DNA from: Edaphobacter aggregans
GTDB taxonomy: Bacteria > Acidobacteriota > Terriglobia > Terriglobales > Acidobacteriaceae
Direction: 5' to 3'
Length of the DNA stretch: 32,000 bases
NCBI RefSeq assembly: GCF_003945235.1
Contig: NZ_RSDW01000001.1
Span: 3,000,001-3,032,000, forward strand
Each line of letters opens with the position of its first letter. The stretch's first letter is position 1. The notes under the pieces are model-generated. The model ran no database searches. It was not told where the DNA came from and worked only from the letters and a program-made list of their open reading frames with translations. Shown in pieces: positions 1-7,657 of the stretch. The position numbers and the translations under genes are program-made.

Positions 1-845
1 AGGAGGATTATGTCGCTGCTGCGGTTACAGATTTGCGGGAGGATGAGTTGGCGCTGATGTCGGCGCATGGCTTGACGGCGGAGCAGATTGGGTTTCGGCG
101 GGGGCTGGAGGCGAGTTATCGCGGGCTACGGTCGCAGGAGTTTGCTGAGGATGCGGAGAGCTGCTTCAAGGCTACGGGTGAGTGCTGCTTTGAGGTTCAG
201 GCGGTCGAGGCTCGGTTGAAGGAGCTGCAGGAGCCCGTTGCGTGTCGGCGCGGTGGGGCTTTGCAGGTTTGGCTGCCTCCGGTTGCGGGGAAGGAGTATC
301 TGGTTGCGGTGGATACGGCGGGTGGTGGCGCGGATGGGGACTTTGCGGCGGTGCAGGTGATCGAGATGGTGTCGGGGATGCAGTGCGCGGAGTTGCAGCA
401 GAGGATTGGGACGCTGGAGCTGGCAAGAGTTTCGGCGGAGCTGGCAAGGGAGTATGGCGGGGCTTTGATCGCGGTGGAGAGGAATAATCATGGCGCTGGT
501 GTGCTGGCTTATCTGGATAGCGTTGAGCGTTACGCTCGGGTTTATGAGCAGGGCGGAGTCGCGGGATGGTTGACGACGGCGGGGAGCAAGCCGGGGATGG
601 TGAGCCGGATGGGGGCTTTGCTGGCAGAGTCCCCCTGGTTGTTTTTTAGCAGGAGGTTGTTGGGGGAGTGCCGGACTTTTGTTTCGATGGCCGGGGGACG
701 GACTGGGGCTGCTAGTGGGGCTCATGATGATTGTTTGATGGCTATGGCGATTGGGCAGGCGGTTCGGGCGGAGTTGGCGGGGAAGAAGAAGGATGGGCCG
801 AAGCTAAGGGAGGGGTGGGACTCGCGGGCTTTTTGGGTTGGGTGA
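1..845 (+). CDS. terL: Phage terminase large subunit, C-terminal (nuclease) portion; 5' end lies outside the window
   Basis: The reading frame is open from nt 3 to the stop at 843-845; the track ORF 33..845 starts at an internal TTG. TerL-type RNaseH-like nuclease motifs are present: LVAVDTAGGGADGDFAAV, IAVERNNHG, GAHDDCLMAMAIG. A portal gene follows downstream on the same strand. Confidence 0.8.
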   Translation, partial: EDYVAAAVTDLREDELALMSAHGLTAEQIGFRRGLEASYRGLRSQEFAEDAESCFKATGECCFEVQAVEARLKELQEPVACRRGGALQVWLPPVAGKEYLVAVDTAGGGADGDFAAVQVIEMVSGMQCAELQQRIGTLELARVSAELAREYGGALIAVERNNHGAGVLAYLDSVERYARVYEQGGVAGWLTTAGSKPGMVSRMGALLAESPWLFFSRRLLGECRTFVSMAGGRTGAASGAHDDCLMAMAIGQAVRAELAGKKKDGPKLREGWDSRAFWVG

Positions 846-900
846 GGAGGGCATCGCGGAAGTGCAAGAGCAAAAGCACTCGGGTCGCTTCGCTCCCCTC

Positions 901-938
901 GGAAATGCGGGGGTTCTTCGCTGCGCTCAGAATGACAA
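901..938. repeat. Dispersed hairpin repeat unit (core TTCTTCGCTGCGCTCAGAATGAC)
   Basis: GGAAATGCGGGGGTTCTTCGCTGCGCTCAGAATGACAA matches the reverse complement of 18997-19034 at 36/38 positions by my own alignment. A partial copy lies at 2016-2038. A second unit and an ATCCCC-TTC-GGGGAT hairpin (977-991) adjoin it. Confidence 0.75.
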
Positions 939-1109
939 GCAAAAAGTAACAACGACAACTACAAAAGCAGAAGCAGATCCCCTTCGGGGATGACAACTAG
1001 AAAGGCAACCGCAAAAGCAACGACAACGGCACACTATAACAAAGGCGGCACATTACGACGGTGGCTAGTATTCTGTTGCGGGGGAGTTTCGGGCTTGGCG
1101 GTTTTGGCG

Positions 1110-1961
1110 GTGCAGGCGATTCGTCGGATGCGGGGTGGGGCGCAGAGCCAGTTGATGCTGGGGGCCGATGGGAAGCTTTGGGTGGTGAAGTTTCAGAATA
1201 ATCCGCAGCATTTGCGGGTGTTGGCGAATGAGTTGATCGCGACTCGGCTGGCGGCTGCGGTAGGGTTGACCGTTCCACAGAGCGATGTGGTCGAGGTGAC
1301 GGAGTGGCTGGTGGCTAATTCTCCTGGGATGCATGTCGAGTTGCCTCGGGGGCAGAGGGAGCAGTATTCGGCGGGGCTGCAGTTTGGGTCGCAGTTTGTG
1401 GGCGGGCTGATGCCTGGGCAGGTGGTGGATTATCTGCCCGAGCAGCAGCTGGATGAGGTGAGGAATCTGGCGGAGTTTGCGGGGATCCTGTGCATCGACA
1501 AATGGGCGGGTAACTGTAATGGGCGGCAGGCGGTGTTCGAGCGGAGGTCGAGGGAGCGGAAGTATCGGGTTACGTTTATCGATCAGGGATTTTGCTTCAA
1601 TGCGGGGGAGTGGACGTTTCCGGATTCGCCGCTGCGGGGGGTGTATCAGCGGAATCGGGTGTATGCGGGCGTAACGGGGTGGGAGAGCTTTGAGCCTTGG
1701 CTGAGTCGAGTGGAGGAGATGCGGGCCGATACTCTTTGGGGGATCGCGGAGGTGGTTCCGCCGGAGTGGTATGGCGGGGATACCGTGGTGATCGAGCGGT
1801 TGATGGAGCAGATGCTGATGCGGCGGTCGCGGGTGAGGGAGTTGATAGGGTGGTTTCGGGATTCGAATCGGGAGCCTTTCCCGATGTGGGAAAAGAAGGT
1901 GAGTGCGGTTGTGCCGAGGCAGTTTGCTGAGTTGAGTGTGGCGGGTAAGTTTGTAATGTAG
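1110..1961 (+). CDS. HipA-like / PI3-4-kinase-fold Ser/Thr protein kinase (HipA family kinase)
   Basis: Kinase motifs: glycine-rich RMRGGAQS, VVKF lysine, catalytic-loop-like CIDKWAGNCNGRQ, metal-binding TFIDQGFCF. The track ORF starts at 990, but 990-1109 is repeat-derived sequence and the ATG at 990 lies inside a hairpin. A likelier start is GTG 1110 or ATG 1128. The stop at 1959-1961 is firm. Confidence 0.65.
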   Translation: MQAIRRMRGGAQSQLMLGADGKLWVVKFQNNPQHLRVLANELIATRLAAAVGLTVPQSDVVEVTEWLVANSPGMHVELPRGQREQYSAGLQFGSQFVGGLMPGQVVDYLPEQQLDEVRNLAEFAGILCIDKWAGNCNGRQAVFERRSRERKYRVTFIDQGFCFNAGEWTFPDSPLRGVYQRNRVYAGVTGWESFEPWLSRVEEMRADTLWGIAEVVPPEWYGGDTVVIERLMEQMLMRRSRVRELIGWFRDSNREPFPMWEKKVSAVVPRQFAELSVAGKFVM

Positions 1962-2015
1962 TGGATGGTTGTTGGATTGCTGAAGAAAAGGACAAGTCAA
2001 AAACAAATACAGGGA

Positions 2016-2038
2016 TCCTTCGCTACGCTCAGAATGAC
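2016..2038. repeat. Partial copy of the dispersed repeat (TCCTTCGCTACGCTCAGAATGAC)
   Basis: Matches 914-936 at 21/23 positions in the same orientation. It lies in the 135-bp gap between the kinase and DUF3037 genes. Confidence 0.6.
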
Positions 2039-2096
2039 GGACTTCAAGCCATGTGAAGGTTGCCAATGCTTAGAGTTGATTGAAAGGGAATAGGGC

Positions 2097-2939
2097 GTGA
2101 GGGAACGGTTGCCGTGCGAGTTCTTCCTGATTCGGTATGTGCCGGATGTGGTGAAGGGCGAGTTTGCGAATATCGGTGTGCTGCTGCGAGAGGCAGGGCG
2201 CGACGATAGCGCGGTGGTGCGTTTTACGCGGGACTGGAGCCGGGTGAAGTGTCTGGATGCGGATGCAGATATCGGGCTGCTGGAGGGATTGGAGTCGGAG
2301 ATTGCGGCTCGGTTGCGGATGGGTGCGGCGGATACGAAGCCGGTGATGCAGGTGCTCGAGGATACGCTGTCGAACTCGGTGCAGATGACGGAGGTTCGGG
2401 CTTCGCTGGCGGAGAGTATGCCGGCTGAGTTGGACCAGCTAATGCGGATGTATGTGGAGCCTCTGAAGGTGAAGCAGGAACGGAAGAGGACGGGGCGGGC
2501 GGCGATTGCGGGGGCGATGCGGACGGAGTTTGAGCGCGCGGGGGTGTGGGGATTGATGCGGAAAAGGATTGCGGTTTCGCTGTATACGCGGGCGGGGGAT
2601 CCGATGAAGATTGATTGTGGGTATCGGGCTGATCTGCAAACTGCGGGTGGGGTGGTCCGGATGTTTCAGGCTGTGTCGCTGGAGGGTGATGTGGAGGGAG
2701 CGAAGGGTTTGGCTTACTCGGCTCCGCAGTTGATGGAGGGCGTGCAGCGGGTGGAGGGAGCAGCGCTGGAGTTGACGGCGGTGGTGGAGCCTCTGCGGAC
2801 TGTGTCGGAATTGGAAGATGAGGCTATGGAGCGGTATCGGTTCGGGGTGGAGGCCATGGAGCGACAGGCGATTCGGGTGGTGACGGTGAGTGACCTGGCG
2901 AGAGTGGCGGCTATGGCGAGGGTGGAGTTGCGGGTTTAG
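2097..2939 (+). CDS. DUF3037 domain protein
   Basis: The N-terminus CEFFLIRYVPDVVKGEFANIGVLLRE matches my memory of the DUF3037 (PF11236) signature y-x-v-i-R-y-v-P-d-x-x-r-g-E-f-x-N-i-G-v. GTG start preceded by AAGGGA. The ORF is codon-usage coherent. Confidence 0.65.
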   Translation: MRERLPCEFFLIRYVPDVVKGEFANIGVLLREAGRDDSAVVRFTRDWSRVKCLDADADIGLLEGLESEIAARLRMGAADTKPVMQVLEDTLSNSVQMTEVRASLAESMPAELDQLMRMYVEPLKVKQERKRTGRAAIAGAMRTEFERAGVWGLMRKRIAVSLYTRAGDPMKIDCGYRADLQTAGGVVRMFQAVSLEGDVEGAKGLAYSAPQLMEGVQRVEGAALELTAVVEPLRTVSELEDEAMERYRFGVEAMERQAIRVVTVSDLARVAAMARVELRV

Positions 2940-2969
2940 GAATTGGGTATCAGGTTTCGGATTTCGGGA

Positions 2970-3004
2970 GGCATAGCCGGTTTGGCTGTGCCTTTTTTCT
3001 TTTG
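2970..3004 (+). terminator. Rho-independent terminator closing the kinase/DUF3037 cassette
   Basis: GGCATAGCC-GGTTT-GGCTGTGCC forms a 9-bp stem (one G-U pair) with a 5-nt loop, followed by TTTTTTCTTTT. It starts 31 nt after the DUF3037 stop and lies upstream of the portal start. Confidence 0.75.
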
Positions 3005-3035
3005 TGGTGGATGTGATTTGGAGAGAGGTGAAGGC

Positions 3036-4280
3036 ATGGGCGTTCGGACGACGATGAAGAGTGTTTGGGAACGGTTGGCGGGAGTGGAGGCTGCGGCGGC
3101 TGGGGACGTGATCGTGGGGGAGCGGAAGACGGCTATGCTGCCTTCGATTCTGAGTCCGTATCAGGTTGGGCGTACGGGGCAGAACGCTTTGCCGAAGCCT
3201 ACTCCGGCGAATCTGCGGAAGTTTGCGGAGACGCCCGTGGTGCGGCGGGCGATCAACGTGGTGAAGGACAAGATCGCCAGCATGGATTGGCAGGTGCGGG
3301 TGCGGCGCGGCTACTCGGAGGCGACGGTGGAGGATGCTGCCGCGCGGATGGTTGTGTTGCGGCGTTGCCTGGAAGAGCCGAATGCTTCGGATAGCTTTCG
3401 GGTGTTGTGGGAACAGGTGATCGAGGATCTGCTGGTGGGCGGGTTTGGCGCGGTAGAGATGGAGGCTACGCGTGATTCGGAGCGGCCGTTTCATCTGTGG
3501 GCGGTGGATGGAGCGACGATCCAGATCGACAGCAGGTGGGATGGCGATCCGGAGAAGCCGCGATATGCGCAGGCTACGGGGCAGTTGGGCAGGGATGGGT
3601 TGGTTCCACTGCTGGATGACGAGCTGATGTATCTGCGGCTGAATCCGCGGACCCATACTCCGTTTGGGCTGGGGCGGCTGGAGGTTGCGTTCGAGACGGT
3701 GAATCAGTTTTTGAGTGCGAATCGGTATGCGGGGCGGCTGGCTTCGAATTCTGTGGTGCAGTATGCGCTTTGGCTGAATGAGGCTACGCCGGAGCAGCAC
3801 GATCGGCTGATTCGGTGGTGGCAGGATGAGATTGAAGGAACGGGCCGTGTGCCGCTGCTGAGCTGCGAGCAGAAGCCAGAGGTGCTGCGGTTTGCGGGCG
3901 GAACCGATGCCGATCTCCGGTTGCAGTGGCAGGAGGCGCTGATCCGGATGATTGCGAATGCGTTTGAGCTGCCGCCGATGTTGCTGGGGCTGCAAGGCGA
4001 TGTCAATCGCTCAACCGCGGGCGAGATGGCGGATGAGGCGTTTCAGAGCGCGGTGGTTCCGGTGGCGAAGCTGGTGGCGGAGCACATTACGCGCGATCTG
4101 TTTGCGAAAAAGCTGGGTTGGCGCGAGTTCGAGTTCTGCTTCAACGATCTGGCGAGCAGGGACGAGATGGAGGAATTGCAGATTCAGACAGCTCTGTTGA
4201 GTGCGGGCGTGTTGACGGTGGATGAGGTGCGGCAGATGCGAGGGCTGGGTCCGTTGCAGAGCGAAGAGGTGACGCAGTGA
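3036..4280 (+). CDS. Phage portal protein
   Basis: ATG at 3036 is preceded by GAGAGAGG. The track start at 2943 would run through the terminator. Length (about 414 aa) and sequence (LRKFAETPVVRRAINVVKDKIASMDWQV, ANAFELPPMLLG) resemble HK97/Phage_portal-type portals. It is positioned after terL. Confidence 0.75.
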   Translation: MGVRTTMKSVWERLAGVEAAAAGDVIVGERKTAMLPSILSPYQVGRTGQNALPKPTPANLRKFAETPVVRRAINVVKDKIASMDWQVRVRRGYSEATVEDAAARMVVLRRCLEEPNASDSFRVLWEQVIEDLLVGGFGAVEMEATRDSERPFHLWAVDGATIQIDSRWDGDPEKPRYAQATGQLGRDGLVPLLDDELMYLRLNPRTHTPFGLGRLEVAFETVNQFLSANRYAGRLASNSVVQYALWLNEATPEQHDRLIRWWQDEIEGTGRVPLLSCEQKPEVLRFAGGTDADLRLQWQEALIRMIANAFELPPMLLGLQGDVNRSTAGEMADEAFQSAVVPVAKLVAEHITRDLFAKKLGWREFEFCFNDLASRDEMEELQIQTALLSAGVLTVDEVRQMRGLGPLQSEEVTQ

Positions 4281-6592
4281 AGGTGACGATCGACAATCTG
4301 GATGGCCAGGGTGCGGTGGACTATAGCGCCGCACTCTGCGCAGATGTGCCGTTGAAGATCGAGCGTGTGCTGAATGCTCCTTCGCGGTGCAGCGGGATGT
4401 TGGATGTGAGTGATGCGGGGCTGGCTGTTCCTATGAGGCGCGGACGGATAGTGGTGATTTCGGCTAGCGGGACAGTGTTGTTCACCGGATATGTAGCGAC
4501 GGAGCCGCAGGCTGTGTATGCGGGGACTGCGACGAAGGGTCCGGTATATCGGTACGCGTTCAGCGCGATCAGCGATGAGTGGCTGCTGGATAAGCAGAGC
4601 GTTCCGGTGAGCGGGGCGGGATTGGCGCAGGCTGCCGGGCAGGTGTTGACGACGCTCACGAATCGCGTGGATGGTGGACTCTTCACGACGACGGGTGTTC
4701 TGAATGGAGCGGCGGTTGGCGTGTTCGACCCGGCGCCTGCGGGGAGTTGGTCGGTGAATGCGGGAAATGTCGCTGCGGCTACCTATGCGTCGTATCGTGT
4801 GCTGAATGGCGCGGTGAGCTTGCAGCCTGCGGGGACGGTGACACATACTCTGAGCGATGGCGATGGGACGCTGCAGGTGGCGGCGTTGCAGACTTCGGCG
4901 GTGAAGGAGCTGGCCAACGATGTGACGGTGAGCGGTGAGATGGAGCCTGCGGCCTACATTACCGAGACGTTTGCGGGGGATGGGACGACGACGGTGTTTC
5001 AGCTTTCTGAAGCGCCGTTTCGGCCGAAGGGGGCGGCCAACTCTTCGTTACTGCTGTCGGACAGCTTCAACCAGGGTGTGTTCAATCCGCAGGTGTGGCA
5101 GCTGGCCGATCCGGGATCGCATCTTGGTTTGAGCGCTGCTGGGCTGACGATGACCGGCGGCAACGGCTTCGATGGGCAGACGACTCTGATGGCGATTGAT
5201 GCTATCGAGATGGGTGGCACGCTGGTGATTGAGGCTGGCAACGTGCAATTTGGCGTGGCCAGCGATGGCGTGGTGTGCGGATTGTACTCGGGCGTGATAG
5301 AGAGGGCGAACTGCTTTGTCGGATACAACGTGAGGCAGAGTGGCGGGTCGACGGTGGTGATCCCGTTGGTCAACGGTGCTGAGGTTGGGATGGTGTACAC
5401 GCTGCTCAGCGGGCATACGTACACGCTGCGGATCCGGCTGCACTGCGTGGAGACACAGCGAGTGTTGCAGCGCTACTACGCCATGGTGGATGGAGCGGTG
5501 GAGGCTTTCGGCGGTGGAGTGGTTTCGGCGCCGATGGCAGTGGTGTTCGAGTTGCAGGACCTTGGAGTGGCGTCGAATACTCCGGCGACAGTGTTGTATG
5601 ACGGCGCGGTGACGAGTTCACCGGCGAGTTGTAGTTTCGTCTCTGTGAACAGCGTGCAGCTATTTGGGTCGATGGGCTATTGCAGAGTGACACAGACCGG
5701 GTCGGCATGGGTGGCGAGTACGCTGCCGAGTGGAGTGAAGATGACTCGGCTGATTGGAGTTGCTGGCGAAGGTATCAATTGCACGGTATCTGCTACCGGT
5801 AAGGTTACATTTTTAGCCGGCCGTGTTCCGGTAGCGGGCGAGCTTGTTACTGTGACGTATCGCGGGCAACAGAGAGCCATTGCTCGACTGGAGGATCCTG
5901 CCAGCGTCGCGGCGGAGGCCGAGGGTAGTGCGCCGGGGACTGCTCGCTGGCTAGGTAAGGTGCTACGACCTGCGTCGCGGAGCTCAGTGGATTGCGAGAA
6001 CGCTGCGCAAGCTGTATTGAGTTTTTCGGCCAGTCGGGCTGCGGCTGTGGCAGGGACCTATGAGGCGATGAACCCCAGCGATGTTTGGCCCGGGGATGTA
6101 CTGACGATTACGAGCCGTGGCAAAACGATGAACGTAGTTGTGCGGCAGGTTGCGATTGAAGATGGGTCGTCGTGGCCTGAGGCGCTGACGTATCGAATTG
6201 CGTTTGCGAACGATTGGGCTGAAGGTTTGGGTTTGACTTTGTCGGAGGCGATTGCAGCAGATGCGTTGCTGCCTCTGACGGCGTTGGCGACACCGGGCAA
6301 TGTGCTTGCGAACCTGCAGCAATTGCAAGTGGTGAGCGCGACGGGGACCGCGCTGCAGGTGGATGCTGGAACGGCTCCCCCTGCAGGCGGCGGGTTTGAA
6401 GTGCGACGGCGGGATTGGGACTTCGGGCTGGGTGTCGATCAGGATTTGGTCCTGCGAAGTCCGGTGCGGAATTTTTCGATTCCACGAGAGGGGCAGGTGG
6501 AGCAGTACTACGTGCGGATGTACGACGGATCGGCTCCGCCGGTGTATTCGCGGTTTTCGAGTGCGGTGTTTACGAATCTGCCGGTGAGTTAG
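4277..6592 (+). CDS. Large phage structural protein, probably tail hub / host-recognition type (771 aa)
   Basis: GTG start overlaps the portal stop (GTGA). The N-terminus resembles gpD/Vgr/tail-tip hub patterns (RIVVISASGTVLFTGYVATEP...YRYAFSAISDEWLL). It has a GDGTTTVFQL motif as in GTA/phage tail proteins, a beta-rich middle region, and a second hub-like module (WPGDVLTITSRGKTMNVVVRQVAIEDG). Confidence 0.5.
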   Translation: MKVTIDNLDGQGAVDYSAALCADVPLKIERVLNAPSRCSGMLDVSDAGLAVPMRRGRIVVISASGTVLFTGYVATEPQAVYAGTATKGPVYRYAFSAISDEWLLDKQSVPVSGAGLAQAAGQVLTTLTNRVDGGLFTTTGVLNGAAVGVFDPAPAGSWSVNAGNVAAATYASYRVLNGAVSLQPAGTVTHTLSDGDGTLQVAALQTSAVKELANDVTVSGEMEPAAYITETFAGDGTTTVFQLSEAPFRPKGAANSSLLLSDSFNQGVFNPQVWQLADPGSHLGLSAAGLTMTGGNGFDGQTTLMAIDAIEMGGTLVIEAGNVQFGVASDGVVCGLYSGVIERANCFVGYNVRQSGGSTVVIPLVNGAEVGMVYTLLSGHTYTLRIRLHCVETQRVLQRYYAMVDGAVEAFGGGVVSAPMAVVFELQDLGVASNTPATVLYDGAVTSSPASCSFVSVNSVQLFGSMGYCRVTQTGSAWVASTLPSGVKMTRLIGVAGEGINCTVSATGKVTFLAGRVPVAGELVTVTYRGQQRAIARLEDPASVAAEAEGSAPGTARWLGKVLRPASRSSVDCENAAQAVLSFSASRAAAVAGTYEAMNPSDVWPGDVLTITSRGKTMNVVVRQVAIEDGSSWPEALTYRIAFANDWAEGLGLTLSEAIAADALLPLTALATPGNVLANLQQLQVVSATGTALQVDAGTAPPAGGGFEVRRRDWDFGLGVDQDLVLRSPVRNFSIPREGQVEQYYVRMYDGSAPPVYSRFSSAVFTNLPVS

Positions 6593-6609
6593 CGGCGAGG
6601 AGGTGGGAG

Positions 6610-6825
6610 ATGACGGAGTTTGAAGGACAGGTTCTGGCGGACCTGCGTGTGTTGAAGAGTCAAATGGAACATTTAATCGGGATCGGTCAACCGGGGCGCA
6701 TCGTTCAGATCGAAGAACGGGTGGAGCGTCATGAGCGGAGTGTGCAGCGGATCAAGGGTGTGTTCGCTGCGTTTGGTGGGCTGCTAACGATGGTTCATCT
6801 AGCGATGGCTTATCTGCGGCGTTAG
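6610..6825 (+). CDS. Small tail-anchored coiled-coil membrane protein (71 aa), phage-associated
   Basis: ATG 6610 is preceded by GGAGGTGGGAG. It has a charged helical N-part and a C-terminal hydrophobic helix GVFAAFGGLLTMVHLAMAYL. The track ORF 6415..6825 overlaps the preceding gene, so the shorter start is preferred. Confidence 0.5.
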   Translation: MTEFEGQVLADLRVLKSQMEHLIGIGQPGRIVQIEERVERHERSVQRIKGVFAAFGGLLTMVHLAMAYLRR

Positions 6826-6840
6826 TTTAGAGAGGAAGGA

Positions 6841-7104
6841 ATGGGAGTGGATTTCTTGAAGCTGTTTTTACGTGGCGTTGCGATGTTACCTGGGGTGATT
6901 CAAGGGACAGAGGCTCTGTTCGGCGCTGCGACTGGTGAACAGAAGAGGACGGCCGCGGTGGAAATCGTTGGTGCGGCAATTAACATCACCGATGCTGTGT
7001 CGAAGAAGCAGATCGCCGATGCGGATAAATTCACCGCAGGATTGAACGGGATCATTGACGGTTTCGTGACGTGCTTGAATGCGAGTATGTGGGCGAAGCA
7101 GTAG
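6841..7104 (+). CDS. Small hypothetical phage-associated protein (87 aa)
   Basis: ATG is preceded by GAGAGGAAGGA. It is the last gene of the plus-strand block before purE. No family recognised. Confidence 0.45.
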   Translation: MGVDFLKLFLRGVAMLPGVIQGTEALFGAATGEQKRTAAVEIVGAAINITDAVSKKQIADADKFTAGLNGIIDGFVTCLNASMWAKQ

Positions 7105-7153
7105 ATGGCGGCGTTCATGGCCCAGACCTGTGGGACACGTATAATCGAGGGCT

Positions 7154-7657
7154 ATGAGCGCCGGACCGTTGGTTGGAATAGTGATGGGAAGCCGCAATGA
7201 TTATGCGGTGATGCGGAGTGCTGCGGAGATGCTGACGGAGTTCGGCGTAGCGCATGAGGTTCGTGTGGTTTCGGCACACCGGACGCCTGATCTGCTGTTC
7301 GAGTACGCGGAGACGGCGATCGCACGAGGGCTGCGTGTGATCATCGCTGGAGCTGGTGGCGCGGCGCACCTGCCGGGGATGATTGCAGCGAAGACGGTGG
7401 TTCCAGTGCTGGGTGTGCCCATCCCTGCGACAGCGCTGCAAGGGATGGATTCCCTGCTGAGCATTGTGCAGATGCCAAAGGGCGTTCCTGTGGGGACGCT
7501 GGCGATTGGCTCGGCGGGCGCGGCGAATGCAGGGTTGCTGGCGGCGGAGATTCTGGCGACGACAGATGCGGCGTTGCAGGCGAAGCTGGTGGCTTGGCGT
7601 GCGGCTCGGCGAGATGAGGTGCTGGCGCAGGTCGTTGGCGATGAGGTCGGCGCGTGA
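7154..7657 (+). CDS. purE: N5-carboxyaminoimidazole ribonucleotide mutase
   Basis: [14 protein letters not shown]...RVVSAHRTP...[14 protein letters not shown]...PVLGVPI is the canonical PurE signature. Confidence 0.95.
   Translation: MSAGPLVGIVMGSRNDYAVMRSAAEMLTEFGVAHEVRVVSAHRTPDLLFEYAETAIARGLRVIIAGAGGAAHLPGMIAAKTVVPVLGVPIPATALQGMDSLLSIVQMPKGVPVGTLAIGSAGAANAGLLAAEILATTDAALQAKLVAWRAARRDEVLAQVVGDEVGA

Noticed and set aside
990-1109. ATG at 990 as the start of the kinase (323-aa form)
   Set aside because: The first 40 codons (MTTRKATAKATTTAHYNKGG...) are translated dispersed-repeat sequence, and the ATG sits in the stem of an ATCCCC-TTC-GGGGAT hairpin. Kinase-like sequence begins near residue 41-47.
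1065-2066. 333-aa minus-strand ORF antisense to the kinase gene
   Set aside because: It has low-complexity Pro/Arg/His composition and runs through a dispersed repeat at its 5' end. The plus-strand frame carries a full set of kinase motifs.
2943-3035. TTG at 2943 as the portal start (445-aa form)
   Set aside because: The extension would be translated through a strong intrinsic terminator hairpin and T-tract (2970-3004). ATG 3036 has a good SD sequence.
2439-3995. 518-aa minus-strand ORF antisense to the DUF3037 and portal genes
   Set aside because: It has the same Arg/Pro/His-rich shadow-ORF composition. The plus-strand genes have family-like motifs, SD sequences and coupling with their neighbours.
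7105-7153. Prophage attachment site at the phage-block/purE junction
   Set aside because: I found no tRNA, integrase or direct repeat within the window. The other end of the element lies outside the window, so att cannot be assessed.
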